From Cycas panzhihuaensis (Eukaryota; Plantae; Cycadophyta): 64,000 bases of DNA. The notes beneath the pieces are model-generated. The model made no database searches, was not told the DNA's origin, and was given only the letters and a program-made list of their open reading frames with translations. The stretch lies in assembly GCA_023213395.1 (NCBI GenBank), contig CM041465.1:97161741-97225740 (forward strand). The letters are read 5' to 3'. Positions 12,400-25,141 of this stretch are shown in pieces (the stretch's first letter is position 1; each line of letters starts with the position of its first letter). Position numbers and translations under genes: made by a program.

Positions 12400-14360
12400 C
12401 ATGGGCAATAACTTTAACTCATCCTTCATGGATAAATTTAAGTTACCCCTAATGTAAGGAGTAGATTACTCCAATTTGGTTGAGCCATAGTCGGCCTAAC
12501 AGAAGGTTGTACTCCACATCGATATCAAGTATAAGGACATCTACAGAAATGATCTTCTCTCCTAAGATGAGGAAAAGGGAGATTGTCCCTAAGGGGGACT
12601 TCTCAGTCTGGTCATACCCTTGGCATTTCCAAGGGATAGACTCAAGAGCTACTATACCTAGCTCCTTAAGCATGTGCACAAGTATAGCATTAACTGAGGA
12701 GCCATTATCTACGATGGTCCTCTTTATGATAAAATTAGGGGTGTCAACAAAAATGATAAAGGGGTAATACAAAAGCTTCTCCCATTCATTGGGAGACGAG
12801 AGATCTCGAGGACCGAATGAGATAATAAGTGGTCCATAAGAAGTGGTGCCTACTGCATGGATAGAAGCATCTTATTATCTAAGAGCTTCAAGAAGAAGAG
12901 TGCATTACTCAGGATAGCTTCTCAAGACATCCATCAAGGACATCCCCGCAGTGATGGTGTGGAGCTCATCAATGATAGAGAAGAGCTTCTCCTTCATAAT
13001 AGGTTGGGGAAGTGCCCTTCAAAAATCATAACGACTCGAGTGCATGGGAACAGTCTTGGAAAGTGTAAGGATTTCTAGAGGAGGGGCTTCCAGAAGAGGA
13101 TCAAGGTGAGGCATGGAAGAAGAGGCACTATTTTCCTCTCTAGCTACTTGGGACCGAGTTAAGGCATATAATGGTGTGGTCTCAAACATTTGAATGACTC
13201 TCTTTCCCTTATTCTGGGATCGAGAGGGTGAAGGAATGCGATGGTCAGGGGAGCTAGAAGAAGAGGATGAGTTCCTTGCAACCTTCCCTTTGGTTTATGA
13301 AGGGTGAGGATTTAGGGACCTCCCTCTATTTCAACTACCCTTTTGTTGGTTATTACGATCATGTTCCTCGTGTTTGGGGAAAGGATCCTTGTGGACGGGT
13401 TGGTCTAGGTTTAGCTTAGATGCCCATTTAGGAGAAGAATCACATTGTTGAGCGGCTCTAGGGTGTTGGGCCTAGCATTGTGAATCTTTATGGAAACATT
13501 CCCCATGGATGGAACATCATTTCTTCTCTAGGGAGGAATCAGGCTTCTTCATTTGAGAATATTGGGTACTACTACCCTTGGGGGGAGCAGCTTGAGAGGC
13601 CTAGTGAACTGGTTTATGAGAGGTGGAGGATGAAGGGGCCTAAAGTTTGAACTCCTTCATGGTATGTTTGAAGGAATATATAGTGAAAGTGAAAGGATCC
13701 AAGGTCTTCTCTATTAGATGGGAAGAAGACCTGGCATGTTGTTGGACTTTAGTCTCACTGGGTGGTGGAGGTGCCTCACGCCATTGTGAGGGCTTGAGGG
13801 GCTTCTTGAGACCTGCTTGGATCTCAACGGCCTCGAGTGCCAAATACTTAGCTATGGTGGCATCACATGTCGTTACCTCCATTTTAAGGACTTCAATGTG
13901 GACTTCTAGGCAAAAAGTATTAATAAACAGGTCTCTCTTCAGCTCCTCAACAAAGTTGCCTTTGTGGAGTGAAGAAGGTCATGAAAGTATCTCACAAAAT
14001 CATGATTCATCGCATTGTGACATTGTTTAAGAGACAAGAGGGCTTTCATTCCACTCTTGAAAGGATGTGCTATATCAAAATAGTCAACGAATTCATCCAT
14101 GAGTTGTTAGAATGAAAAGATAGAATGTGCTCGTAGGCGATAAAACCACTTAAGGGTATTACTCTGAAGGGATCGTGGGAAGAGCTTCATAAGGATATGG
14201 TCATAAGCCCAATAATCGATGCATGCCATAGAAAAGCTACAGACATACTGCATTAGGTCTTGCGATGATGTACCATCAAATTTGGGAACCTCGGGAGGGT
14301 GAGGTGGTAAGTTGGTCCTTAACATCTCAATAGATAGGGGTGTCGATCTATAGTCCATAA
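12400..14360 (-). pseudogene. gypsy gag (retrotrans_gag, zinc knuckle) and aspartic protease of the Tat-like element
   Basis: ORFs 14107-14358 (gag core) and 12449-12772 (protease DNGS, LLLGRLWL), followed by a degenerate SLH*G*LKF motif typical after Tat/Ogre proteases. Confidence 0.85.
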
Positions 14361-17300
14361 AGGGTCGTGCCCTTGACTAGACCATAGGATCAACGAGAGA
14401 TGGAAGAGGAGATGGACAAGGTTAACTAAATCCTCCTCGGGGAATTTGATTTGAAATGGGATATTGGCCTCCTCCTGTTTGGTGAGAAGACACTAATCAT
14501 GCATTTGAAGAAACATACATAGGAGCAGATAAGGGTGAGGGACCCATCCCTCCTTAAGGAAACACCCCTTATTAGAAAGGAGCTTGAGAAAAGGTGCCTT
14601 GGGAGGGATCTTACCCTCCTTGTAAAGGCACAATATGAGGTATGATATAGGAGGATGGAAAGGAGGAGTGCAGAACCAAGTTTTACCCATGTAGGTTGCC
14701 TGTGGGTGGTGCGACCCCATATGGGTGTAAAGGGTCAACCCCATAAACTAGAAGGGAGTTTCCCTTGTTGTGCCCCAACGATTAAGAGATGTAACCTAGA
14801 GGCACATAAAGGGAAGAATCTCTAGGTTGAAGTTGGGAGTGTATGGGGGCAAACCCCATATGGCTAGAAGTAGGGGTACATACAAGTCCCTTAGATCTAA
14901 TAGGCAGTAGATAAACTATAGTTGGAAGAGGGTTAGTCATTTGACTAGAAGGAGGCATGCTCAACCCAAGTTGGGAAGAGGACATACCTTAGGTGGTTCT
15001 CAAGGAGCATGGATCATGAGGAGAGGAAGATAAGACAAAAGATAAACTTATAGTAGGCAGAAGAGTTGAATGGGATAGATGATGTAGGGTGGATGTAGAG
15101 GAAGGAGGTGCAATGCTTGGTATGATGCTCTTAAACCACTTGGGATATGGTTGGAGGTGAGCGGCTTAAAAGCATTAGCTAAGGGCTTTAACAACATCCA
15201 CAAGAGGAGTATCTGCTTGGTCATAATAGGTAGAAGGAACTTTATATGAGGCGAATCCCACAAGGCGATCCTCATGAGAATCACCACTAGGGTGGTGGAG
15301 CTCTAGAGGAGAAGAGACCTCTACTTCATGAGTAGAGAGGTGGTGAACTTGTGGGTATTCTTGGTCACTCGGATAAAAGATAAGGTCCTCACCCTCTTGG
15401 GTGGGCCCTTGGAAAGAGGTAGTAGGCTCATGTGATTCAGATACATAGGCATCATATGCCCAATCCAAAGGAAATCCCTCCACAGTCGAATCAAAATCTA
15501 ATGAAGGAAGGGAGTAATAGGAAGGGTCTTCCAACAAAGGAAGGAGGCCTTGCAGGTGACGAGAAAAATGTCACATACAAGTTCCCCGTAAAGATTGGAA
15601 GGACAAAAGAAGTGATGTGATGGGTGTTGGGGGCTGTCTAACAAACCAAAAAGAGCTACCAGGAAGAAAGTAGTGCCAATAGGAAGGGAGAGAGGATAAA
15701 TCCCTTACTGGTGATCCCTAGTATGGTCACAAGTGGAATTGCACCTCTGGGGGGGTAACCACACTTGGTTAAGATCAAGTCATCCAATGAAGAGGTCTTA
15801 AAGTAAATATCTATTTAACAAGTGAAGGAGATCACACATAAAAGGTGTATGTGCATCAGAACATAGGTTTAGGACCCGCAAATGGCACACAAACTACCTT
15901 TGAAGTAACTCTACCTTGGTTAGGAGGTGAAAGAGACGAGGGATATCCTTGAGTTCCTAAGTAACCTCGAAAGATGGGCCCTCCCACCCTTGGATGGCTG
16001 AACGAGGGAGGAGAAGATAAGTGAGGAGATGGCTCCTCATGTAGAATTAGGGGGTATAAGAGAAGTGGGCCTAAGCAAGTAGCAAGGATGATGCACACTC
16101 ATAGCGAAATGGCGAGATGACCAATCTACGAGTGTGGGACCAACTTAATAGTTGCACTAAGGTTGTCTAGCTATGATAAGTATAACAAAGATCAAAAAAG
16201 GAAGTGACCTTGAAGGAGGATTGTCCTTAGGGAACTATGCCTAAGATGACCTTAAGGGCATGAAACGATGGTGGAGGGAGTTTCAACTCTTTTGTATGTG
16301 AGTGGCTATGCAATGTAGGTGATGATAAGATTGTGAATATGGCGTTGTATTCTTGTGCGAAAAAGGGGTTCTTTTTAGGAAGAAGGAAATGAACAATCAT
16401 AAACAGAAAATAAAACACTCGTTTTCTCACTCATGCATGTCCTCACTCTCCTTAATTTTCACATGCAAAAAAGGGAAAGGAACTAATAAAGTAATCATAA
16501 GTGATGCAAAGTATATGCAAGGAATGCAAGCCTAAGAAGAACGTGCAACAAATAAGTATGCAATGAGTATAGCCCCTATCTAGTGCACTTTCCAAATAGG
16601 CAAGTAAACTAAGTGTATGCAAGTAATGTATGCAAGTTCTCTTTCTTTTCCCTTTTCCTTCATATGTAATGCATGTGGACAAATAAAACAAAGCAAGAGG
16701 AGTAGGACAAAAAGGGAGTAAGGGGCGTACCTGAAAAACCATGCGATTAGAAGAGCACTATCCCTTTTGTCGTGTTTGTCTTCCTCTTACTATTCCCAAA
16801 CGTAGACAGTGAGATGTGGTGATGCCAACAAATGAGGGTAGAGAGGCTTCCTTACCTTTCCCAAATTGAAAGGAAAAAATGGAAAGGAAAAAAAAGAGAA
16901 AGCTATGCAAGAGACTCAAGTGAAATACTAAGAAGGAAAACAAGGACGTACCTAGGTGGAAACATCTTTCTCCTTCTCCACGTATGACAAAAGGGGATAT
17001 TGCAACCAAGTAATGTTCGCCCTTCCCACGGGGCTGCTAGGAGCCAAGGTGTATATGTATATGCAATATATAAAATAACACAATGCAAGTTATCTTAACC
17101 AAAAGAAACTTTTGCATCTAAAACCAACTTTCAATTTCCTTTCATGCAAAAAAGACAAGAAGGAGGAGGGGGGCAATTAGCCTCGGAATAGCTAACCCTC
17201 CAAGACTACAATTCTCCACGCTGGCAAAGATGGTGTAACAAAAACTTGATATGAGTGATAGGTTGCAGCAAAGTTGTAAATGCTGTCAATATTACAAAAG

Positions 17301-17805
17301 TTGCGAAGTGCAACTTTTGCAATCTCTAACTAACCTAATACTAAATGATGGGTAGGGTTTGATTCAGGGCTATGATTCTTACTTATGTAAGGCCTACAAA
17401 GCTAAGAACAAGTGCAATAATAAGTTGCATATGCTGCTGCCAATGGTAACCCCTCTTCTGGAAGCCCTTTGGAAACCCAAGGGAAGGACGGAGGAGAAAG
17501 AGAAAGGGAGAGAAGGGGGCTGCCCTTGAGGAGAAGGCTCGCTAGATACGTAACTCGCCTTCACTCCTTTCACTCTCTCTTTGTGATCTCTTTCTTGTTG
17601 CCTCCCTGTAAACTAGGGAAGAGCAGGAAGGAATGATGAGTACACAAGAAAATGAGGGTTTGCCTCCTATGTACAATAAGAAAACTAGGAGAAATAGGTA
17701 TTGTGCAAGATATTCAAACCATTTTTCAATAATTTAAAGGGAGCAAACTAAAATAGAGGGGAAGGAATACCTATTGTAGGTAGATTAGGGGCAAATCTAC
17801 CTAAG

Positions 17806-18357
17806 AAAAGAGGCCTAATGGCCTCACAGTCCCAAGATTTAGAAGCTAGGATCACTCTAGTTCTAGAAGCACAAATACTTAACAAGTATAATATTCTCAA
17901 GATGAAAGAAAGCATAAGAGATAAAGCATAAAATGAAGGAGCAAGAGAAATGATACCTAATGTGTGGAGTTAGAATTGGTCCAACCTCCAAAAGAATAAA
18001 TATTTTGATTAGCAAACAGACAACATAACAATATAGCTCCAACTCTCTTTATGAGACAATGAGGAGAGGTCTCATTATGTAGAGTGAAATGAGAGACCTA
18101 AGGCCTTGGATGTTTGACAAGTGTCAAACATCCAAGATACATGCCTTGCATGTAGGACATGTGTCCTTTTGGGCTCTCATGTGAGCAAAAATGCATGAGG
18201 GTCCATTTGACCCTTTAGTAACAACGTTGTGTCACTAGAAAGAATGTAGGTGTGCACTTTATCACTTAAGTGATAAGTCACCCTTAAAGTACAAAAGTAC
18301 ATATATTACATAAAAATTAAAATACATAATCTTAACATGTAAACATAAGGTTTAACA
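17806..18357 (-). repeat. copia-2 3' LTR (4 terminal nt missing)
   Basis: Direct repeat of 24590-25141. Confidence 0.95.
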
Positions 18358-18384
18358 CTCCCCCTTACTGTTTACAATGTTAAG

Positions 18385-21300
18385 TCAGACACTAAGACCA
18401 TCTCTGAATTTTACAAACGTTTCTCTACCAAGTGGCTTGGTAAAGATATCTGTTGTCTGCTTCTCTATAGGTCTATACTGGAGGTTGATCTCACCATTCT
18501 ACACATGCTCTCTGATGAAGTGATGGTGAACCTCGATGTATTTTATCCATGCATGAAAAACTGGATTCTTGGCTAACTTGAATACACTTTAATTATCACA
18601 ATATATCATAGTAGGGTGTTTTTACTCAAGTCCAAGTTCCCCAAGAATCTGTCATAGCTAGATAGCTTCACAAGTTGCACTGACTGTAGCTTTGTACTCT
18701 ACTTCGGTGGAGGACAAGGTAACATTGGGTTGCTTCTTGCAACTCCATGAAATAACTGATGAACCAAGGGAAAAACAGTATCTCAAGGTTGATCTCCTAC
18801 TATCTTGGCAACCTGCCTAATCAGAATTTGAGAACCCTTCTAGAGTGAAGTTCTCATTATGCGCATACTCAAGGCTATGCTGCAATATGCCTTTGATGTA
18901 TTTAAGTATACGTTTAACTGCATTCCATTGTATCTAATTGGGTTGAGACATGTATCATGAGCAAATCCCAATTACAAATAAAATGTCCGGTCGAGTGTTG
19001 GTGAGATAAATGAGGCTCCTAATCAACTACCGATAAAGTATGGGATCTGTAGGTATAGCTTCCTCATTGAGAATAAGCTTAGATCCATTCTCCATTAGTG
19101 TTGACACTGGTTTGCAGTCGTGCATCCTAAACTGCTGTAAAATGTCCCAAGAGTATTTCGCTTGGGAGATGAAAATATAGCCTGGCTGTTGCCATATCTC
19201 AAAACCTAAGAAATAATGAAGAAGTCTAAGATATGTCATCTCAAAACTTCTCTTCAAGTCATCTTGGAGAATGTGAATCATCTTAGTGTTACTACCAGTG
19301 ATCACTAAGTCATCTACATACAAAGCAATAAAAATGACATGGTTCTTTTCATGTTTTATATATAGGTTAGGATCAGAAGTAGATCGATGAAACCCATATC
19401 TCAAGAAGTAATCATCGATCTTTGAGTACCATGCTCTTGGAGCTTGTTTCAAGTCATATAACGCATTTTTTAGGCAACATACAAAATGCTTCTTGCCTTG
19501 TACTTTATAACTGGGAGGTTGCTCCAAGTATACCTCCTCCTGAAGATCGCCATTTAGAAAGGTGCTCTTCACGTCTATCTGATAGACTGGCCATTTGCAT
19601 TGAGCAGCTAAGGCCAAAATGAGTCTAATGGTGTTCATATTTACCACTAGTGCAAAAGTCTCCTCATAATTTATACCTTCCTTTTGTTTAAATCCTTTTG
19701 CCACAAGGCGGGCCTTCTTCCATTTAAGTGAACCATTAGAATGGAATTTGGTCTTGTAGACCCATTTACAACTGATTGCCTGTTTGTGTTTAGGTAATTC
19801 AACCAAATCCCAAGTACCATTCTTTTCAATAGAATGGATTTCTTCATCCACGGTAGCCTTCTAATTTTCATTTTTAGAAGCCTCCTCAAAAGTGGAAGGC
19901 TCATCGACACATAACACTTCAACCATAAGTGCATAATTGGTTTGCTACCTATATTTTGATGGACATTTTCCCTTAATGATATGGTTATCCGAAACTGTCT
20001 GAGTGTACCATTTTGGTAACTTTTGAATTGAAGTAACTTGAATCTCAATATCTTCTAGTCTAAGTGGTTGATCAACAGAAGATGTGCTTGGATCAAGTGA
20101 AGCAAAATCAGTTGATGTAGACGGTCCAATAGGCACAAATGATGTACATGGTATAGAAGATTGAGAGGGAAGGAAGGTCTCAATAATCTTCTTGCCTTTG
20201 TCAATGGGACATTGCATGGATGCTAATTGCAACTCCTTCTGATCTTCTTCAACAAAGATGACATCTCTCGAGAGATGCATTTTCTTCCCAATAGGATCAT
20301 ACAGCTTGTAGGATTTACTATGAATGGCATATCCTACAAAGATGCATTTAAGACTATGCTTGTTTAGTTTTGTCCTTTGCTAATTGGAAATGTGCATATA
20401 AGCAGTGCACCCAAAAGTCCTCAAATGGTTGACAATTGGCTTTTTGCCAGACCATGCCTGCTCGGGTCTCATAGTAGTAATTGCTATAGTTGGACTGCGA
20501 TTGGCCACATAGGCAGCTGTGTGAAATGCTTCTGCCCAATAAGCTCAAGTGAGTCCTTGTGCATGCATCATTGCTTTGGCTTTATTAGCCAAAGTTCTGT
20601 TCATTCGTTCAGAGACTCAATTTTGTTGAGGAGTGTGAGGAACAGTCAGTTGTCTCCGAATGCCATTATCCTTGCAGTATTTGGTGAATTCATTTGAAGT
20701 AAATTCACCTCCATTATCTGTCCTAAATGTTTTGATGGAGTGGACAGACTTGTTTTCTACTTCAAGCTTAAATTATTTGAATTTGGAAAAAGCTTCAGAC
20801 TTGTGCTTGATGAAGTAGACCTAGACTTTGTGAGAAAAGTCATCAATGAAGAAGATGTAATACAAAGCTCCTCTAAAAGATGCAGTGGACATAGGTCCAT
20901 ACAAATCTGAGTGTACCAACTATAAAGGATGTGATGCACGCCATGCTTTGCCTTTAGGGAAAAGCAAGCAATGCTGAGTCCTTATAATGCATGCTTCACA
21001 AAGACATTTCGTGCCATAGATCTTTAGAAGCCCATGTACCATATTCTTGTTGATCATCTACCTCAAATTATCTAAGCTCAAATGGCCTAGATGTTGATGC
21101 CAAAGTTGCATCTTGGACAAGTATGGAGTGACAATTGAACCAGAGTAAGAAGAATTAAGTGTTATATTATTTGCATCCAATTTGTAGAGGCCTTGATCCT
21201 CATATCCAATAGCTACTTCTTGGTCATCTTTATCACTTATTACACATTTCCCATTTTTGAACAAGACACTCATCTGTTGCTTGTCCAACTTACTAACAGA

Positions 21301-22566
21301 TAGTAAGTTCTTGTCCATTGAAGGTATGAAGTAGGCATTGCCATCGAGAAATGAAGAGGAAAGATTTGATGAAGAATGAAATGGAGTTATTGTGCCTATT
21401 CTAGAAATCTTAATGGATTGATTGTTCCCAAAGGTCACTGATTGACCTTTACCTTCCTTGATATCGGTGAAGAGCTCTTCACTTCCAGTCATGTATTGTG
21501 AAGCTCCATAATCAATAATCCAAGTTTCATCAACCTTAGATGTTTGATATACACAAAACAGTTTGTCTTTATCTGTAAACTGATTAAAGTGGCATTGATT
21601 GCCACCTCTAAAACCCCCCCTTCCTCTTTAACCTCCTTGATAGGCACATCGATTTGGTCGAGGGGGTTACTGTTATTACTGTTGTTGCTGGAATCTTTGT
21701 TGGTATTACTGATGTGGCTACTATTGTCACTGATTTGGTTAACATGATTACTGTTACTGTTGACATAGATCTGCTTGCTTTTTTTGGTAATCAGGTGTTA
21801 TGTGGCTAGGTTTAACATAATAATGACATATAATATTGGTCCTTGAGGACCCAATGTTCATGTTCCCAAACTGCTTTGAGAGTGTAGGTTTGGGGTGTTG
21901 TTTGGCCTTTGATTTAGCCGTAAATGCACCTGATGTGAATGGTTCCTCCTCATTATCCTTGGTGTAGATTTATTCTTCTTGAAGTAGTAGACTTTCAAAT
22001 TCATTGAATGTCATTCTTTTGAGAAAACCATCTCTTGTAGTGGATGATATGAAGCCATTTTAGTCCTTTGGCAAAGCTTTGGTGATAGATGTGATCAGTT
22101 CATCTCTTATTGCCGGATTACCTAGTGTATTCAACTCATTACACACCTCCTTGATAGAGGAAAGAAAAGCCGACATGGGCTTGACAAACTTTATAGAATA
22201 CAATTTGGCTTTAACCATTAAAATGCGAGCTTCATCTCGCCTTTCATATAATGAGGACAAAATGTCCTAAGCTTCTTTAAAAGTTTTAGCACAAGCAATG
22301 TTTTGATCCACATGTATATCAATAATCATATGAAGGAATGCCAAAGTGATTTCATCTTTAGCTTCCTAAGCAGCAACTAAAGCATTATCAGGTTGCACAG
22401 TTACATTGCCATTAACAGCAGGTACAAGATGGGGTAATCTTCCAGAAACATAACTCCAAAATTCATTCATGATCAGCAAATTTTGAGTGATTCTTTTCTA
22501 TTCTTGATAGTTATCTTGACCTATTAATCAAATGGTGCATGCATTTAGCATATTGATAGCAGTCAT
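18385..22566 (-). pseudogene. copia-2 gag-pol
   Basis: gag ORF 22060-22260, protease WIIDYGASQYMTG at ~21490-21525, integrase ~20270-20920, RT ORF 19027-19851 (QIDVKSTFLNG, YVDD), RNase H ~18400-18830. Confidence 0.94.
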
Positions 22567-24585
22567 GTTTCAGTTATAAAGCTTGAAGCTAACAGATAAC
22601 TTGGAAACTCAAAGCTTTCATCGCTTAAGTTCCATCTTCTAACAAAACCAACAGTCTTGATCTTACTAGAAGATCTAACAACTAAATGGAATGATGAGGG
22701 GTGGAGGACTAGGCTATGGAGTTGGTCTAACTCTGATCTTATAGAGGAGATCTAATAATTGGCCAAGTTAAATCTAGGACAAGGCAGGTAGGGTTGATCT
22801 GCATGAACGTACCATACTTTTCCTAGGATTCATAACCCCAATAACACCCTTTTCGAATCTCCTTTCCCTCAAGCAACCTTAATTGTCGTGCACTGACCGT
22901 AAGATCGGTTGGTCCCTTAGGGAATGCTCCAAGCTTAAGGTTATTTCAGAGGCAAGGTTTGAACCTTTTTTGGGCCTCTTCAACAAGATTTTGAGTCACT
23001 TTTTAGCAGTTTTAAAGTGAACTTAGATTTATTTTACTTGGATGATGTACTTATAAAAATGCTTGATTTAAGCTTTACAATGAAAGTGGCTTAAAAAAGA
23101 AGCAATTTTAGTACATCAATATGAACACTTGAAGTGTTATTACAATGAGCACTTTAATGAAGTGTAGTGCTTATGTAGATCTAAGTAAAAAATAGATGCT
23201 TGATTACAATGAGTTTTACAAAAAAGTACTTTGAAAATGTGCTTAAATATTCAATGAAGCAAAGCAAAACTTTGTAATGAAGATACAAATGGGTTCCTTT
23301 TAATGCTCAAAAGTGAAGGTAAGAGAACCACTTGCAAAATAGGACACTAAGCACCAAGTGTTGGGACTTTAAAATAGTCCCAACGATAAAAAAGAAAGTG
23401 ATTTTATTAAGTATAACGTATTTTTTGAGCCCTTTTTGTGACTAAGGGCAATAGGTCACCATGCAAGGTGCCTTTAAAAAGTATTTGAAATAGTGATCAA
23501 TATCACTTTTACAATGTGAAAATGCTTAGAATCACTTCACCTAAACCAATTAACACTTATACAACATTAATTAAGTGTTAAAAAAAGCTTAAAGAGTAAA
23601 AAGACAAAGGCTAAAATTTAACATTTTTTTACAAATTTGAGCAGCAAGAACACCATGAAGGGAGCCTTGATTGAGTACTTAAACCTAGAAATTTTAATAT
23701 CCAGCCAACAATATTTAGAGAAATATTCTTAAAAATATAACATAAGGTTCAAAAATCAAAAGTTTGATTTGAATTTTTCAAAAAAGAAAAAAAGGTCGTT
23801 CATGGCAGCGTGACTTGGGCGGCTCCTATGGACACGCAAATAATAAGAACAACATGTAGGTCCTCTATTTGTGCTGAAAATTCAGGAGGAGGGGTGCCCA
23901 AGTGGTATCCAACTCCCTCTAAAATCTCACGGCTTTTCGGCAAGTGTGCAGAGAGCTGCAAGTAATTGAAGTTATGGCTGGTTACACATCCTTGAGAAAG
24001 GAAAAAACTAGATCTGTATGGCTGTTTGGGGTTTTAAATTCTCATATTAATCACTAAAACTCTTCCCTTAAGTCTACTACAGCTGCATGAAGGGTCAGTA
24101 TGTGGACAACCAGTTTGATATGAGAAAAAAGAGTGAAAAACAGTAATTTTTTATGCTTTTTTAGTGGGGTTTCAAGGTTGAAAATGCCCAGAAATTGATT
24201 CACAACCTACAAGGGTCCTCAAACTACAAATAAATTTAGTTTGAGAGCTTCAAATGGCTAGAGAATAGCTTAGCACCCAAATGTGAGAAAAAAATTAACT
24301 AAAAAATGTAGATTTTAGTAGAAAAATTATAAAAAACGTGAGTAAACTTGCTCAAAACCCTTGAAAGTGATCTGAAAAAAAAAAATCAGATCTGAAAGTA
24401 GCCTTGCTCCAGCCTTCAACACTGCTCCAATAAGCTTGAATCTACAGAAAATGGGTCTTAGCAAACCTTGGATCACCTTCGGAGGGCGAAGGTCGTCACC
24501 AAGGGTTTATAACCCTTCTTTGAATCTCCTTGAGTAGAAAAAATCAGAACAGAGGGAACTGGTCTCCTCTAGCTCTGATACCAAA

Positions 24586-25141
24586 TGTCAAAAGAGGCCT
24601 AATGGCCTCACAATCCCAAGATCTAGAAGCTAGGATCACTCTAGTTCTAAAAACACAAATACTTAACAAGTATAATATTCTCAAGATGAAAGAAAGCATA
24701 AGAGACAAAGCATAAAATGAAGGAGCAAGAGAAATGATACCCAATGTATGGAGTTGGAATTAGTCCAACCTCCAAAAGAATAAACAGTTTGATTAGCAAA
24801 CTGACAGTATAACAATATAGCTCCAACTCTCTTTATGAGACAATGAGGAGAGGTCTCATTATACAGAGTGAAATGAGAGACCTAAGGCCTTAGATGTTTG
24901 ATAAGTGTCAAACATCCAAGATACATGCCTTGCATGTAGGACATTTGTCCTTTTGGGCTCTCATGTGAGCAAAAATGCATGACGGACCATTTGACCCTTT
25001 AGTGACAATGTTATGTCACTAGAAAGAATATGGGTGTGCACTTTATCACTTAAGTGATAAGTCACCCCTAAAGTACAAAAGTACACATGTTACATAAAAA
25101 TTAAAATACATAACCTTAACATGTAAACATAAGGTTTAACA
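24586..25141 (-). repeat. copia-2 5' LTR
   Basis: TGTCA...TAACA termini, PBS 2 nt away. Confidence 0.96.

Larger units (their letters stand above)
17806..25141 (-). mobile_element. Full-length degenerate Ty1/copia element (copia-2), inserted in the LTR region of the Tat-like element
   Basis: LTRs 17806-18357 (missing terminal TGTC) and 24586-25141 (~94-95% identical), PBS TGGTATCAGAGCT 24571-24583, PPT 18358-18367, gag-PR-INT-RT-RH on the minus strand. Confidence 0.96.

Noticed and set aside
17195-17240. Candidate PBS and LTR boundary of the Tat-like element
   Set aside because: No convincing TGG-initiated tRNA complement and no second LTR in the window, so no exact call is made.
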